NCBI GenBank assembly: GCA_903896925.1
Contig: CAITZM010000016.1
Span: 859 to 64,858, forward strand
DNA: 64,000 nt
From: an uncultured Lentisphaerota bacterium
GTDB lineage: Bacteria; Verrucomicrobiota; Kiritimatiellia; CAIQIC01
Reading direction: 5' to 3'
Below are positions 8,771 to 17,373 of the stretch, piece after piece. The notes beneath the pieces are model-generated. The model was not told the origin of the DNA, ran no database searches, and worked only from the letters and a program-made list of their open reading frames with translations. A program made the translations under genes and the position numbers. Within the stretch, counting starts at the first letter, position 1; every line of letters begins with the position of its first letter.

Positions 8771-10233
8771 TTGGCTCCGGTCGGCTCGAATTTCAACACG
8801 GCCTTTTCGGCGATCAGCACGGGCGCGTCGTAGAGCGGCAGGTCTTTGAACGTGGTGATGCCGCCGGCGCGCTGGATACGATCTGCGGGAATTTCGTAGA
8901 CGCGGCCGGAGACCAGATCCACCCACACCGGGTCGGTGAAGGCCAGGTCCTTGACCGCGACCTGCGCGGGCCGCGTCAGGAAGACATCGTCCGGCGTGCC
9001 GGAGTTGTCCCACAGCACGATCAGGTTCTGCCCGGCTTTGTTCCGGTAAGCGTAGCTCGCGGTGGCCTTGTCGAACGTCACCTCGACCGCGGGCTGCTGG
9101 ATGCGCTCCAGCGTGTCGTCGAAAACCGAGACGCAGTTCTGCACCGAGTAATAGGCGAGCTTGATCCCATCCACCTGCTTGTCCGCGGTCGCGTGGAGCA
9201 GGCCTTTGCGGTTGATCTCGCGACCGGTGTGGTTGAAGTCACAGATCGTGAAGACCGCCGATTCCACGTCGTGCCCGAGGTCGCCGAGCATCCGCCGCAG
9301 GTCCCACTTGGCCTGGCTGGACTGCGTCCACGGGTGGTTGGAGAGCGCGAACTTCGTCGCCTTCTCCGAGGGGCAGCCGTTTTCGCCCTGCCGCATTTTC
9401 GCCTTGGTCGAATATTTCGCGAGTGTCGCCTTCAGTTCCTCGACGTTCTTGTAGGAGCTGTCCGGGTTCATCGCGTAGCCGTGGTAGATGAACCAGTGGA
9501 AGAGATCCACCTTGCCCTTTTCGGCGAGGGCCTTGAGGCAGCTCTCCAGCAGCTTCGGGCTGGAACTCGCGAGCGAGAGCCCGGCGATCCGCGCCCCGGG
9601 AATGACGCGCTTGATGATCTCCGCCGTACGGATGTCGAAGGTGGCGATGTCCTGCGGCTTGTGCTTTTTGTTGATGTCCGGCTCGTTCCACATCGCCCAG
9701 TCGGTGACCTTGCCCTGGTAGCGGGTGGCCAGCGCCTCAACCCACTTGTCCCACGCGGCCAACGCCGTCTCGGAGGTCGGGAAGCCTCCGGCGAGGTCCG
9801 CGCCGCCGCCGCCCTCATAGATAGGATTGCCGTAATCGGTCTCCAGCAGGATGTTCAGTCCGCGCCCGCGCGCATCGTCAACGAGTGTATCCAGCCAGCT
9901 GAAATCGTAGATGCCCTTGGCCTTCTCCGTCTTGGCCCAGCCACCTTGCAGGCGGATGGTCTTGATGCCCAGCGGCACGATGTAGCCCTTGTACTGCTGG
10001 AAGTCCGCGAAGTCGCGGTCGAGGGTTTCGCAGCCCAGCGTCCAGTTCGAACCCTGAATCTCGGCCGCGCTGCGCGGCTTGAGGGTGCCGAGCTGCTTGA
10101 GGCCCGGGTTCAACGCGGTCTTGGCCCGCTCTGCCGAGTTGTCAAGCTGCGGCCCTGCCACGGCGGCCAACGTGGTCGCGCTGCACGCGGCCACCGCCGC
10201 GGCAAAGAGCATTCCTGTTCGTGATTTCATCAT
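8767..10233 (-). CDS. Clan GH-A TIM-barrel glycoside hydrolase, tandem paralog of 7337..8770
   Basis: 488 aa with signal peptide MMKSRTGMLFAAAVAACSATTLAAVAG. Motifs shared with its neighbour: GCETLDRDFADFQQYKGY, LRLQGGWAKTE, WAMWNEPD. Confidence 0.65.
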   Translation of the reverse strand: MMKSRTGMLFAAAVAACSATTLAAVAGPQLDNSAERAKTALNPGLKQLGTLKPRSAAEIQGSNWTLGCETLDRDFADFQQYKGYIVPLGIKTIRLQGGWAKTEKAKGIYDFSWLDTLVDDARGRGLNILLETDYGNPIYEGGGGADLAGGFPTSETALAAWDKWVEALATRYQGKVTDWAMWNEPDINKKHKPQDIATFDIRTAEIIKRVIPGARIAGLSLASSSPKLLESCLKALAEKGKVDLFHWFIYHGYAMNPDSSYKNVEELKATLAKYSTKAKMRQGENGCPSEKATKFALSNHPWTQSSQAKWDLRRMLGDLGHDVESAVFTICDFNHTGREINRKGLLHATADKQVDGIKLAYYSVQNCVSVFDDTLERIQQPAVEVTFDKATASYAYRNKAGQNLIVLWDNSGTPDDVFLTRPAQVAVKDLAFTDPVWVDLVSGRVYEIPADRIQRAGGITTFKDLPLYDAPVLIAEKAVLKFEPTGAK

Positions 10234-10283
10234 GTCACCTTTTGCTGAATTCTATTTTCTGCGGCTTTTCATCTGGAAACAAA

Positions 10284-11135
10284 TCAAACACCCGAGGAGG
10301 AGGTGAAACCGCCGTCCACCGCCACGGTGATGCCCGTGACGAAAGCGGCGCGCTCGTCGTCGAGCAGCCAGCACACGGCGCCCAGCAGATCCTGCGCCTC
10401 GCCCAGGCGCTTCATCGGCGTGTGGGCCATCACGCTCTGGCCGCGCGCCGTCAGGCCGCCGTCCTCGGTCAGGAGGATTTTGCGGCTGCGGTCGTTGGCA
10501 AAGAAACCGGGCGCCACGGCGTTGACGCGGATGCCGGCGGGCGCCAGGTATGCGGCCAGCCACTGGGTGAGGTTGACCACCCCGGCCTTGGCCAGGGAGT
10601 AGGCGAGATTCTTCGTGAGCGGCCGGTAGCTGTTCATGGAACCGAAATTCACGATCGCTCCCCGGCCCTGATGCGCCATCTCACGGCCGAACACCTGACA
10701 CGGAATGAGCGTGCCGATGGTGTTGAGCTCGATGACGTCGAGCAGCCGGTCCGGGTCGAGATTGAAGAAGCCGCGCATGTTTTCCGGTTTGGCGTCGCCG
10801 ATCTCTGCGGGATCGAACTCGGTGGTGGTCGTCACCGCATCGTTACGGTTGCCGCCGGCGCCATTCACCAGCAGCGCGCATGGACCCAGTTCTTGGGCGA
10901 TGCGCTGGCGTGCGGCCTCGACCGCTGCCGCATCGGTGACGTCCACGCTAAGCGGCAGGGCGATGCCGTTGGCGGCGCGAATGCGTGCGGCGACCGTCTC
11001 CAGTTTTTCCATGGTGCGGCCGAGCAGGGCCACCCTGGCGCCCAGCCGGGCGAGTTCGATGGCGATGGCGGAGCACAGGGTCCCGCCCGCGCCGGTCACC
11101 ACGGCGGTTTTGTTATGGAAGATGTTTTCGTTCAT
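10284..11135 (-). CDS. SDR-family NAD(P)-dependent oxidoreductase; candidate SDR-type D-mannonate/fructuronate oxidoreductase (UxuB-like)
   Basis: The Rossmann motif TAVVTGAGGTLCSAIAIELARLGARVAL and the SDR catalytic region YSLAKAG are present. It sits between the hexuronate transporter and GH genes in the uxaC/uxuA locus. The uxuB assignment is an inference from context. Confidence 0.75.
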   Translation of the reverse strand: MNENIFHNKTAVVTGAGGTLCSAIAIELARLGARVALLGRTMEKLETVAARIRAANGIALPLSVDVTDAAAVEAARQRIAQELGPCALLVNGAGGNRNDAVTTTTEFDPAEIGDAKPENMRGFFNLDPDRLLDVIELNTIGTLIPCQVFGREMAHQGRGAIVNFGSMNSYRPLTKNLAYSLAKAGVVNLTQWLAAYLAPAGIRVNAVAPGFFANDRSRKILLTEDGGLTARGQSVMAHTPMKRLGEAQDLLGAVCWLLDDERAAFVTGITVAVDGGFTSSSGV

Positions 11136-11138
11136 GGC

Positions 11139-12437
11139 TCAGTGCTCCTGTGGGCTGTTTGTTTCACGTAAGCGTTCGATCCGGCCGATCCCAAACACCA
11201 GTGTCAGGCACGCCAGCAAGGGGACGATGCCGACAATCCATAGTACCGGCCCATAACCGGCCTTGTCCACCAGCAAGCCCGCGATATAGGTGAACGCTGC
11301 GCCGCCCAGGCTGGAGCCCATGCCGGTCAGCCCGACGGCCGTCGCGAGGGTCTGCGTCGGGAAAATATCCGCATGCAAGGCGTAGATGTTGGCGCTCCAC
11401 ATGCCGAAGCCAAACGTCGCCACGCACACCCACGCCAGCGCCGTCACGGGCGTGGCCGCGCCGACCACCATCAGGCCGGCGCTCATCATCAGCCCGCCGC
11501 ATACCATGACGCTCTTGCGGGCAAAGGTGGCCCCCAGTCCAAGGGCGAGCAGCCGGTCGGAGCCCATGCCGCCGACCAGCTTGCCCACATCCACCGCCAG
11601 ATAGGGGATCCAGCCATAGAAGCCGATTTCCTTCAGCGAAAAGCCGCGCGCCTTGCTCAAATAATCCGGCAGCCAAAACACATAAAACCACCATACCGGC
11701 GTTGCAAGCATCCGCGTCGCCAACATCCCCCAGACCGCCCGGGTGCCGATGATGCCGCGCAGCGCGGCGAAAAAGGTTCCGCTCTGTTGCGGCGCGGGGC
11801 CCACCTCCGCCAGCACCACCGCGCGGTCAGCCGGCGACAGCCAGGCGTGGTGTTCCGGTTCGTCATAGATCATCAGCCAGGCCACCAGCCACACGAAGCC
11901 CAGCAGGGCCGTCCCGGCAAAAGCGGCCTGCCAGCCAAACTGCAACGCCAGCAGCGCCACGAGCGGCGGGGCCAGGACGGCGCCCAGGGCCGCGCCGCTA
12001 TCGAAGACTGCCATCCCCATGCCGCGGCGGTGGGGCGGGAACCAGCGGGCCACGGTCTTGGCACCGGCGGGGAAGTTGCCCGCCTCGGTCAGGGCCAGCA
12101 GGCCGCGGAAAATACCCAGGCTCAGCGCGCCGCGCGCCAGGGCGTGCGCCAGGGCCGAGAGCGACCAGCCGACGACGAAGACATTGAAACTGCGCCGGAT
12201 GCCGATCCTGTCAATGAGCATGCCCGCCCCGAGCTGGGCAACCGTGTAGGCGAGCATGAACACCATGGTGATGGTGCCGTAGGCCTCGCTGGTGAGTTTC
12301 AAGTCGATCCGCAGGGTCGGCAACAACACCGAGAGCGCCTGCCGGTCCACATAGTTGATGGCCGTGGAGAAAAACAGCAGGCCGAGGATCAGCCAGCGCA
12401 AGCGGGTGAGCGAAATCTGTCGCGGCACAAGGATCAT
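11139..12437 (-). CDS. exuT: MFS transporter, ACS family (hexuronate transporter ExuT-like)
   Basis: The track ORF 11139..12527 was trimmed to the ATG at 12437 (MILVPRQISLTRLRWLILGLLFFSTAINYVDRQALSV). INYVDRQ and TEAGNFPAGAKTVARWFP are typical of ExuT/ACS-family transporters. 12 TM-like hydrophobic segments. Confidence 0.75.
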   Translation of the reverse strand: MILVPRQISLTRLRWLILGLLFFSTAINYVDRQALSVLLPTLRIDLKLTSEAYGTITMVFMLAYTVAQLGAGMLIDRIGIRRSFNVFVVGWSLSALAHALARGALSLGIFRGLLALTEAGNFPAGAKTVARWFPPHRRGMGMAVFDSGAALGAVLAPPLVALLALQFGWQAAFAGTALLGFVWLVAWLMIYDEPEHHAWLSPADRAVVLAEVGPAPQQSGTFFAALRGIIGTRAVWGMLATRMLATPVWWFYVFWLPDYLSKARGFSLKEIGFYGWIPYLAVDVGKLVGGMGSDRLLALGLGATFARKSVMVCGGLMMSAGLMVVGAATPVTALAWVCVATFGFGMWSANIYALHADIFPTQTLATAVGLTGMGSSLGGAAFTYIAGLLVDKAGYGPVLWIVGIVPLLACLTLVFGIGRIERLRETNSPQEH

Positions 12438-12577
12438 AAGGTTTGGTTCTTTCCTGTATCCAGGGCTTGAGAAAAGGCGCTGACGGTTATCCGGGGTTTG
12501 GAAACTGCTGCATGGGAATTTCCACATCTTGGGGGAATAGGTGGTCCCATTTTCGAGCCCTTGGGAAACCGATCGAG

Positions 12578-12599
12578 TATGAAACAGGTTGTTTTCATG
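12578..12599. promoter_or_regulatory. KdgR-box-like palindrome TATGAAACAGGTTGTTTTCATG (IclR-family operator candidate), about 140 nt upstream of the exuT-like gene
   Basis: Near-perfect inverted repeat ATGAAAC/GTTTTCAT. It resembles the KdgR consensus AATRAAAYRNYRTTTYATT (established knowledge for Dickeya/E. coli KdgR). An IclR-family regulator is encoded at 31444..32202. Confidence 0.4.
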
Positions 12600-12770
12600 G
12601 GTGACCGGTCATGGGATAGTGTGCGGACTCGGCGAAAATGAAACCCGACCTGGCGAGCTTCGTATCCTCGCTGTGCTGGCGCGCGCGCTCAATGGCGTCG
12701 CGGCTCGTGCCGTCGCCGGCGGGGTCGACGCCCGCCTTGCGCAGCGCATCCACGAGTACCGGACTTCTGT

Positions 12771-14270
12771 TCATGGTGTTACGTCCTTCCGCCCCATGGC
12801 TTTGGGCGACAATATGATCTTGTTACCCGTGACCGTCAGATCGCCCGCGCCGTCGCTCGTTTCGCAAAATAAGGCATCCACGCGCTTGACCGAAACAATT
12901 TTCTCGCCGGGGTTGAGTGTGATTTCGCTCGCATCGTTAAGAAAGACCACGAACAGCTTTTGCGTCTTGGGTTGCCGGGAATAAATGATGTTCTCATCCA
13001 TCCGGCTGTTGGCGCTCGTATAGGCTGATCCCGTGAATGAGCGGTTGGCGAGCGGAACGCCGTTCAGGTTGTCCCAGTTGGCCACCACCCGGATCAATTG
13101 CAGCCAGTTGGGCACTTCGCTGATTTCGTGCATAGGCGTCTTGTCGCCTGTACCGCTCAAACGGCCGAACCAGTTGAACCAGGCGCCATTAATACCCGCC
13201 TTGGCGGCGATGGTCAGGTTGTTCTGCAGATCGTGGTTGTCCGGCGTGTCGGAGCCCACCTGATCTTTCTTGATCAACCCCGATTTGAACATGCGGGGAT
13301 CATCCACAAACTCGGTTCCGATGGACCAGGGCGTGTGGCCCGACTCTTGGGCGATCAGCGCATGGGCAAACAACTGGGTTTGGATCGAAACATCCAACTT
13401 CGCTATGGCGGCAACCCAGTGAGCGATCGGATAGTGCTCGAAGATGAAACCCAGTTTGCGCTCGGGGAATTTGGCCATGGCCGCTTGCTTGACGGCGTTG
13501 AGATAGGCCACCTTTCCCTCGAGATAGGTTTTGTATTGATGAACCGTGCCCGGAAACTGCGCCGTCGAATCGGTCCCTGTCCAGAAGGATATCGGTTTGG
13601 GTTTGCCGCCGGCGTAGAAAAGCCCGTTGACTTCCGGCACATCCCAGGCGAGACCGCCAAACAAAAAATGGTTTTCCTTTTTTTCGACTTTCGCGGCGAT
13701 GGCCAGCACCTTGCCGGCAAAATAATCAATGACCTTCTGTTGCTGGTAATCCGGCTCAATACAGAAGGCGTCTTTCACGGGCCAGCCGGGGAGCATGTTC
13801 TTTGGGAAAGGCGACGTGGTGTCTTTGAGGGCAAAGTGCTGTTGGTAGGCGGCGATCTGGGCCCGGGTGTAGGTCTTGCTCCCGGATATAGTCCGGTCAA
13901 CACCCAGACCGCTATACGCCAGATATTCCGGCGTTTCCAGATAGAAGTAGAAATCCTTGGCCAGCGGGCTCTTTTCCATGCCGCTTTTATGGAAGACGTA
14001 GGAGTAGCCCATCTGCCGGGCAAACTGCAGGCCTTCGTCCACGTTGCGCGCCCAACAGATGCCGTAATAATGAAACCTCAACAGGTCAGCGTAATCCTTC
14101 GGCAGGACCGGCGCAGGATCGCACGCCAACTGAATGATGTAGGCCTTGCCGTTGGCGGGATAACAGAGCGCATTGCTTTGTGCGCCTGAAGATGCGGCCA
14201 AGGCCGCGCCTGAAACAAAAAGCCCACTCAGAAGAGCTATCGCTTCGCCGCATCTCGTTCTCATAGTCAT
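12771..14270 (-). CDS. Uncharacterised secreted protein, family A copy 1 (paralog of 19597..21087); putative novel carbohydrate-active enzyme
   Basis: 499 aa with a signal peptide. Motifs shared with its paralog: FARQMGY, EPDYQ, FLFGG/FLFAG, HWTGTDS, WFGR, RVVANWDN/RVAAWDN. I recognise no known family. Confidence 0.7.
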   Translation of the reverse strand: MTMRTRCGEAIALLSGLFVSGAALAASSGAQSNALCYPANGKAYIIQLACDPAPVLPKDYADLLRFHYYGICWARNVDEGLQFARQMGYSYVFHKSGMEKSPLAKDFYFYLETPEYLAYSGLGVDRTISGSKTYTRAQIAAYQQHFALKDTTSPFPKNMLPGWPVKDAFCIEPDYQQQKVIDYFAGKVLAIAAKVEKKENHFLFGGLAWDVPEVNGLFYAGGKPKPISFWTGTDSTAQFPGTVHQYKTYLEGKVAYLNAVKQAAMAKFPERKLGFIFEHYPIAHWVAAIAKLDVSIQTQLFAHALIAQESGHTPWSIGTEFVDDPRMFKSGLIKKDQVGSDTPDNHDLQNNLTIAAKAGINGAWFNWFGRLSGTGDKTPMHEISEVPNWLQLIRVVANWDNLNGVPLANRSFTGSAYTSANSRMDENIIYSRQPKTQKLFVVFLNDASEITLNPGEKIVSVKRVDALFCETSDGAGDLTVTGNKIILSPKAMGRKDVTP

Positions 14271-14305
14271 TACCTAAAGGGTTTAGATCTTGTTTCCTGG
14301 TCGGG

Positions 14306-15604
14306 CTAATCAACACTGCGCAGCCGCCACCAAGCAGACTCCACCCAGAAGAAAGAGCAGCAGTGGAGTTGCTTGTAGTCATAGTGCGCGATGACGCGCT
14401 CGACTTCGGCAGCACGCTGTTTCAAGATCACGGGATCGGGCGCCAGCGTGACGATCCAGGCGGCGGAAGCGGGCTCGCGAACCAACGTGCATTCCAAGCT
14501 CCGACGCGGTGACTGCTTCCCCAAGGCGATCAATTGCATGTGGGCGATGTCTTGCGCCTCCTTCTCGGTTTGCTGCGGTTTCCAAAGCGGCATCATGCAT
14601 TTGCGCCAGTCGGGCTCGAAGACCGATCGGTCATGGAGATCGAACTGCTGTGCCAGCGGCAGATATTGAAAGGCCACATCGGCGCTGGCTTGCAGACCTC
14701 GTGCGAAGGCCGCGCGCAGGGTTTCGTCCTGCTCCATGTCCCACAAGGCCCGCAGCGCACCGACGCTGCAGCAGTCGGTCCACGTGTGGTGAAACGCCGT
14801 CTCAAAGAACATGCCTCGTTCGCACATCTCAAGGCCGGTGAGCTTGCCCTTGCCGCCGCGTTTCGCAAGAGCCTCCCTGTAAATCGCATCCCATTTTGCA
14901 TCGCCAGTGAGTGCGTGCATCATTTTCGCCGTAAAGAGCAACCGCGGCATGCCTCCAAATGAGGATGCCGAGAAAGAGCCGCGTCTGCCAAAGGGCGGCT
15001 CTGCGGGCATCGCCCAGTTGAGCCGCAGGATCGTTTCGGCGGTCTCAACCAACTTGGCCACGATGCGCTGGCGTTCATCGGCGGTGGCCAGTCCGGAGTC
15101 GAGATAACGCCACAGGCCGAGGAACCACGGCAAGGTCTGGTCGTTCGAGCCCATGGCATAATGCGATTTCCCATCCGTGCTGACGCCGCGACCGACGAAG
15201 CCCTTCACATCGCTGATTGAACTTAGAAAGAGCAAACCCTCCATCAAGCGCCGCGCCTTGGCCGCATCGTCTGCCGACTTCGTATGACGCCAGCGGTTAA
15301 CCGCCGCGTCCATGTAGAGCCCGCCGAACATCGCGCCGTTCTCGATGGGCGTCCACCAGCCGAGGGCATTGGGTTTGCCCAGGCGGCACTCCTCCGGCGT
15401 CGGCAATGAAATCGAGCCGTCGGGCATGGTGAAATCGAGCATGACGTTCTGCTTGTCGAGGAATCGCCGCCACAGCTCCGCGTGGGCCTGCTCCACGGCG
15501 CCGACCACCGAAGGCTGGAGCGGCGCCGTTGTCTTCTCCGCAGCCGTGGCTCCTGACAGCCGTGCCGCGAAGGCGATGATGATGACAGGATGATAAAGTT
15601 TCAT
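14306..15604 (-). CDS. Uncharacterised secreted protein, family B copy 1 (paralog of 21084..22385); possibly an (alpha/alpha)-toroid hydrolase/lyase-like protein
   Basis: 432 aa with signal peptide MKLYHPVIIIAFAARLSGATAA. Motifs shared with its paralog: AVEQAHAELW, GWWTPIENGAMFGGLY, DQTLPWFLGL, HYDYKQL. Confidence 0.7.
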   Translation of the reverse strand: MKLYHPVIIIAFAARLSGATAAEKTTAPLQPSVVGAVEQAHAELWRRFLDKQNVMLDFTMPDGSISLPTPEECRLGKPNALGWWTPIENGAMFGGLYMDAAVNRWRHTKSADDAAKARRLMEGLLFLSSISDVKGFVGRGVSTDGKSHYAMGSNDQTLPWFLGLWRYLDSGLATADERQRIVAKLVETAETILRLNWAMPAEPPFGRRGSFSASSFGGMPRLLFTAKMMHALTGDAKWDAIYREALAKRGGKGKLTGLEMCERGMFFETAFHHTWTDCCSVGALRALWDMEQDETLRAAFARGLQASADVAFQYLPLAQQFDLHDRSVFEPDWRKCMMPLWKPQQTEKEAQDIAHMQLIALGKQSPRRSLECTLVREPASAAWIVTLAPDPVILKQRAAEVERVIAHYDYKQLHCCSFFWVESAWWRLRSVD

Positions 15605-15694
15605 GACTGGTTTATGCTTCCTACGGTTTTGCTTGGAAGTTGCTCGATGGCGATGGACAAGGGACAGATGCTTTGATCGCCTTGTCGCCGGACT

Positions 15695-17371
15695 TCATTT
15701 GAAGTGGATATCCTCCACATATTCGTTGGTTTTGAAATCCTTGATGGATTCCAGCTTCTTTCCGCCGATGGTGACGTTGTCGAAGGTCAGTTCGCGAATT
15801 TTGCATTCGGCGCCTCCCCTCAGCAGATTGGTTTGGCCCAAGATGCTCGGTTGCAGCTCGATGTTCTGGAAAAGGACCCCGGCCAAGTCTCCGGGACCCC
15901 GGCTCATAGGCTTCGGCCACGCGTAGGGTTTCTCGGTGACCATCTGGAGTTGGAATGCTTCCAGTGTTGGACGTGGATCCGCCACCCGGATATTACGAAA
16001 GACCACATCGCGCCCGCCTTCCCCTTTACCTTCTCCGCGCATGTTGAAGATGCGCCCGCCGTTGTGCCACACACCGCGATTGCGGGCGAAGATCACATCG
16101 CAATCCTCCACCGCCAGGGGCTGACCTTTTTGAAAAGATAAATTGGTTAACAGGAAAACCGATCCGTTGGCATCATGCCAAATGACCAGCCGGCGGATGC
16201 CAAGGCCACAGGGATAGATGGTGTCATCCTGGGTGCGAACGAAACAATCTTCTACCACGGCGTTACGGGATTGGCCAAAGGCGTCGCTGTTGACCCGCCA
16301 GCCCAAGACCTTTACCCAGTGGATCAGCGTGGGACGCATGGCATCGTACTCTGCTGCCGTCCACATGCTGCAGGCCCCATTGGCCGGATTGGCAATGGTG
16401 AGGCCCTCGACCGTGGTGTTATAGGGTCCGTGAATCATGATGGAACGGTAGATTTGGTCGCGATAATGACCTTCTTTACCTCCAAGGACGGGCGGATTCT
16501 GGTAGGCCGGATGAGTCAAGCGGTCGCCCGAGAGCGTCCCGCAACCGAAGATCCGGATATCATGCCCACCGCCCCGGATGCCGGTTCCATGGAGAGTGCC
16601 GTAAACCACTGCATCGCCCGGGATATAATAATTCCTGTTGGTTTGGAGGGGATAGGCGAGTCCGATATCATGCACGCCGGGCAGGAAAGCGAGGGTCTTC
16701 CAGTTGCCATTTGTGGGCGGCATTTCGCCAGGCTTGACGGCCTGCACCGTCGGATCTCCCAGCCGCGGCTTGTCAGGAAAAATGGGATTAGCGAAAATGG
16801 AAAGCCCATGCAGAGGCGGGCCGCTATAGATCTTCCCACTGGGTGTCATGCCCGTGTCCTGGTCACGCATGGCGCCATCAATATCCACCGCCACCAAGCA
16901 GGGTTTCTCGATGTTGAAATAGGCCTTGCCGCCCTTGAGATGAACATTTCGACCGTAGCGCTCCGGATGAACAGTGGCTTTGCGGATGGCCGTGCCGTCC
17001 GCCTTGGCGACTTCCACCTCCACCGGTCCCGCCATTTCAAAATTCACGTAGGAATGACTCCAGCCGCTAAGAACGCGCCAGTAACCCTCTGTAACATTCC
17101 CCCTTCCTTGCGAGCCAACAGCTTTGCTGGCCGTCTTGAAAACGAAAGGCGTCTGCCAGGGCGCGTCGTTGCCAGCCGGTCGCAGGCGCACAGCGTAGTG
17201 ATCGGATGGTGTGAGCCCGGGCACCGGGCCGTAAACGATCAGCTTGCTTGGGGCGGTTTCCGCTACGGCCGCAGAAGACCAACAAGCGCAGAGCTGCGCG
17301 GCGATAACGCCGGCCGGGAGCGCAAGCCGTCGTAGGGTCAACGTGAGGCGGCGGAGGTGGTGTGCTTTCAT
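15695..17371 (-). CDS. Right-handed parallel beta-helix (pectin-lyase fold) protein, secreted; GH28/PL-like
   Basis: 561 aa. Repetitive beta-helix rungs are visible (NTTVEGLTIANPANG, RNAVVEDCFVRTQDDTIYP, IWHDANGSVFLLTNLSF). The start was set at the internal ATG 17371, just after the stop of the upstream LVIVD gene; the track start at 17380 would overlap it by 7 nt. Confidence 0.6.
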   Translation of the reverse strand: MKAHHLRRLTLTLRRLALPAGVIAAQLCACWSSAAVAETAPSKLIVYGPVPGLTPSDHYAVRLRPAGNDAPWQTPFVFKTASKAVGSQGRGNVTEGYWRVLSGWSHSYVNFEMAGPVEVEVAKADGTAIRKATVHPERYGRNVHLKGGKAYFNIEKPCLVAVDIDGAMRDQDTGMTPSGKIYSGPPLHGLSIFANPIFPDKPRLGDPTVQAVKPGEMPPTNGNWKTLAFLPGVHDIGLAYPLQTNRNYYIPGDAVVYGTLHGTGIRGGGHDIRIFGCGTLSGDRLTHPAYQNPPVLGGKEGHYRDQIYRSIMIHGPYNTTVEGLTIANPANGACSMWTAAEYDAMRPTLIHWVKVLGWRVNSDAFGQSRNAVVEDCFVRTQDDTIYPCGLGIRRLVIWHDANGSVFLLTNLSFQKGQPLAVEDCDVIFARNRGVWHNGGRIFNMRGEGKGEGGRDVVFRNIRVADPRPTLEAFQLQMVTEKPYAWPKPMSRGPGDLAGVLFQNIELQPSILGQTNLLRGGAECKIRELTFDNVTIGGKKLESIKDFKTNEYVEDIHFK

Positions 17372-17373
17372 GG

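Noticed and set aside
12589-12984. 131-aa plus-strand ORF upstream of the exuT-like gene
   Set aside because: It starts inside the KdgR-like palindrome and overlaps the 3' end of the family A1 gene antisense. It has no recognisable domain, so it is a probable shadow.
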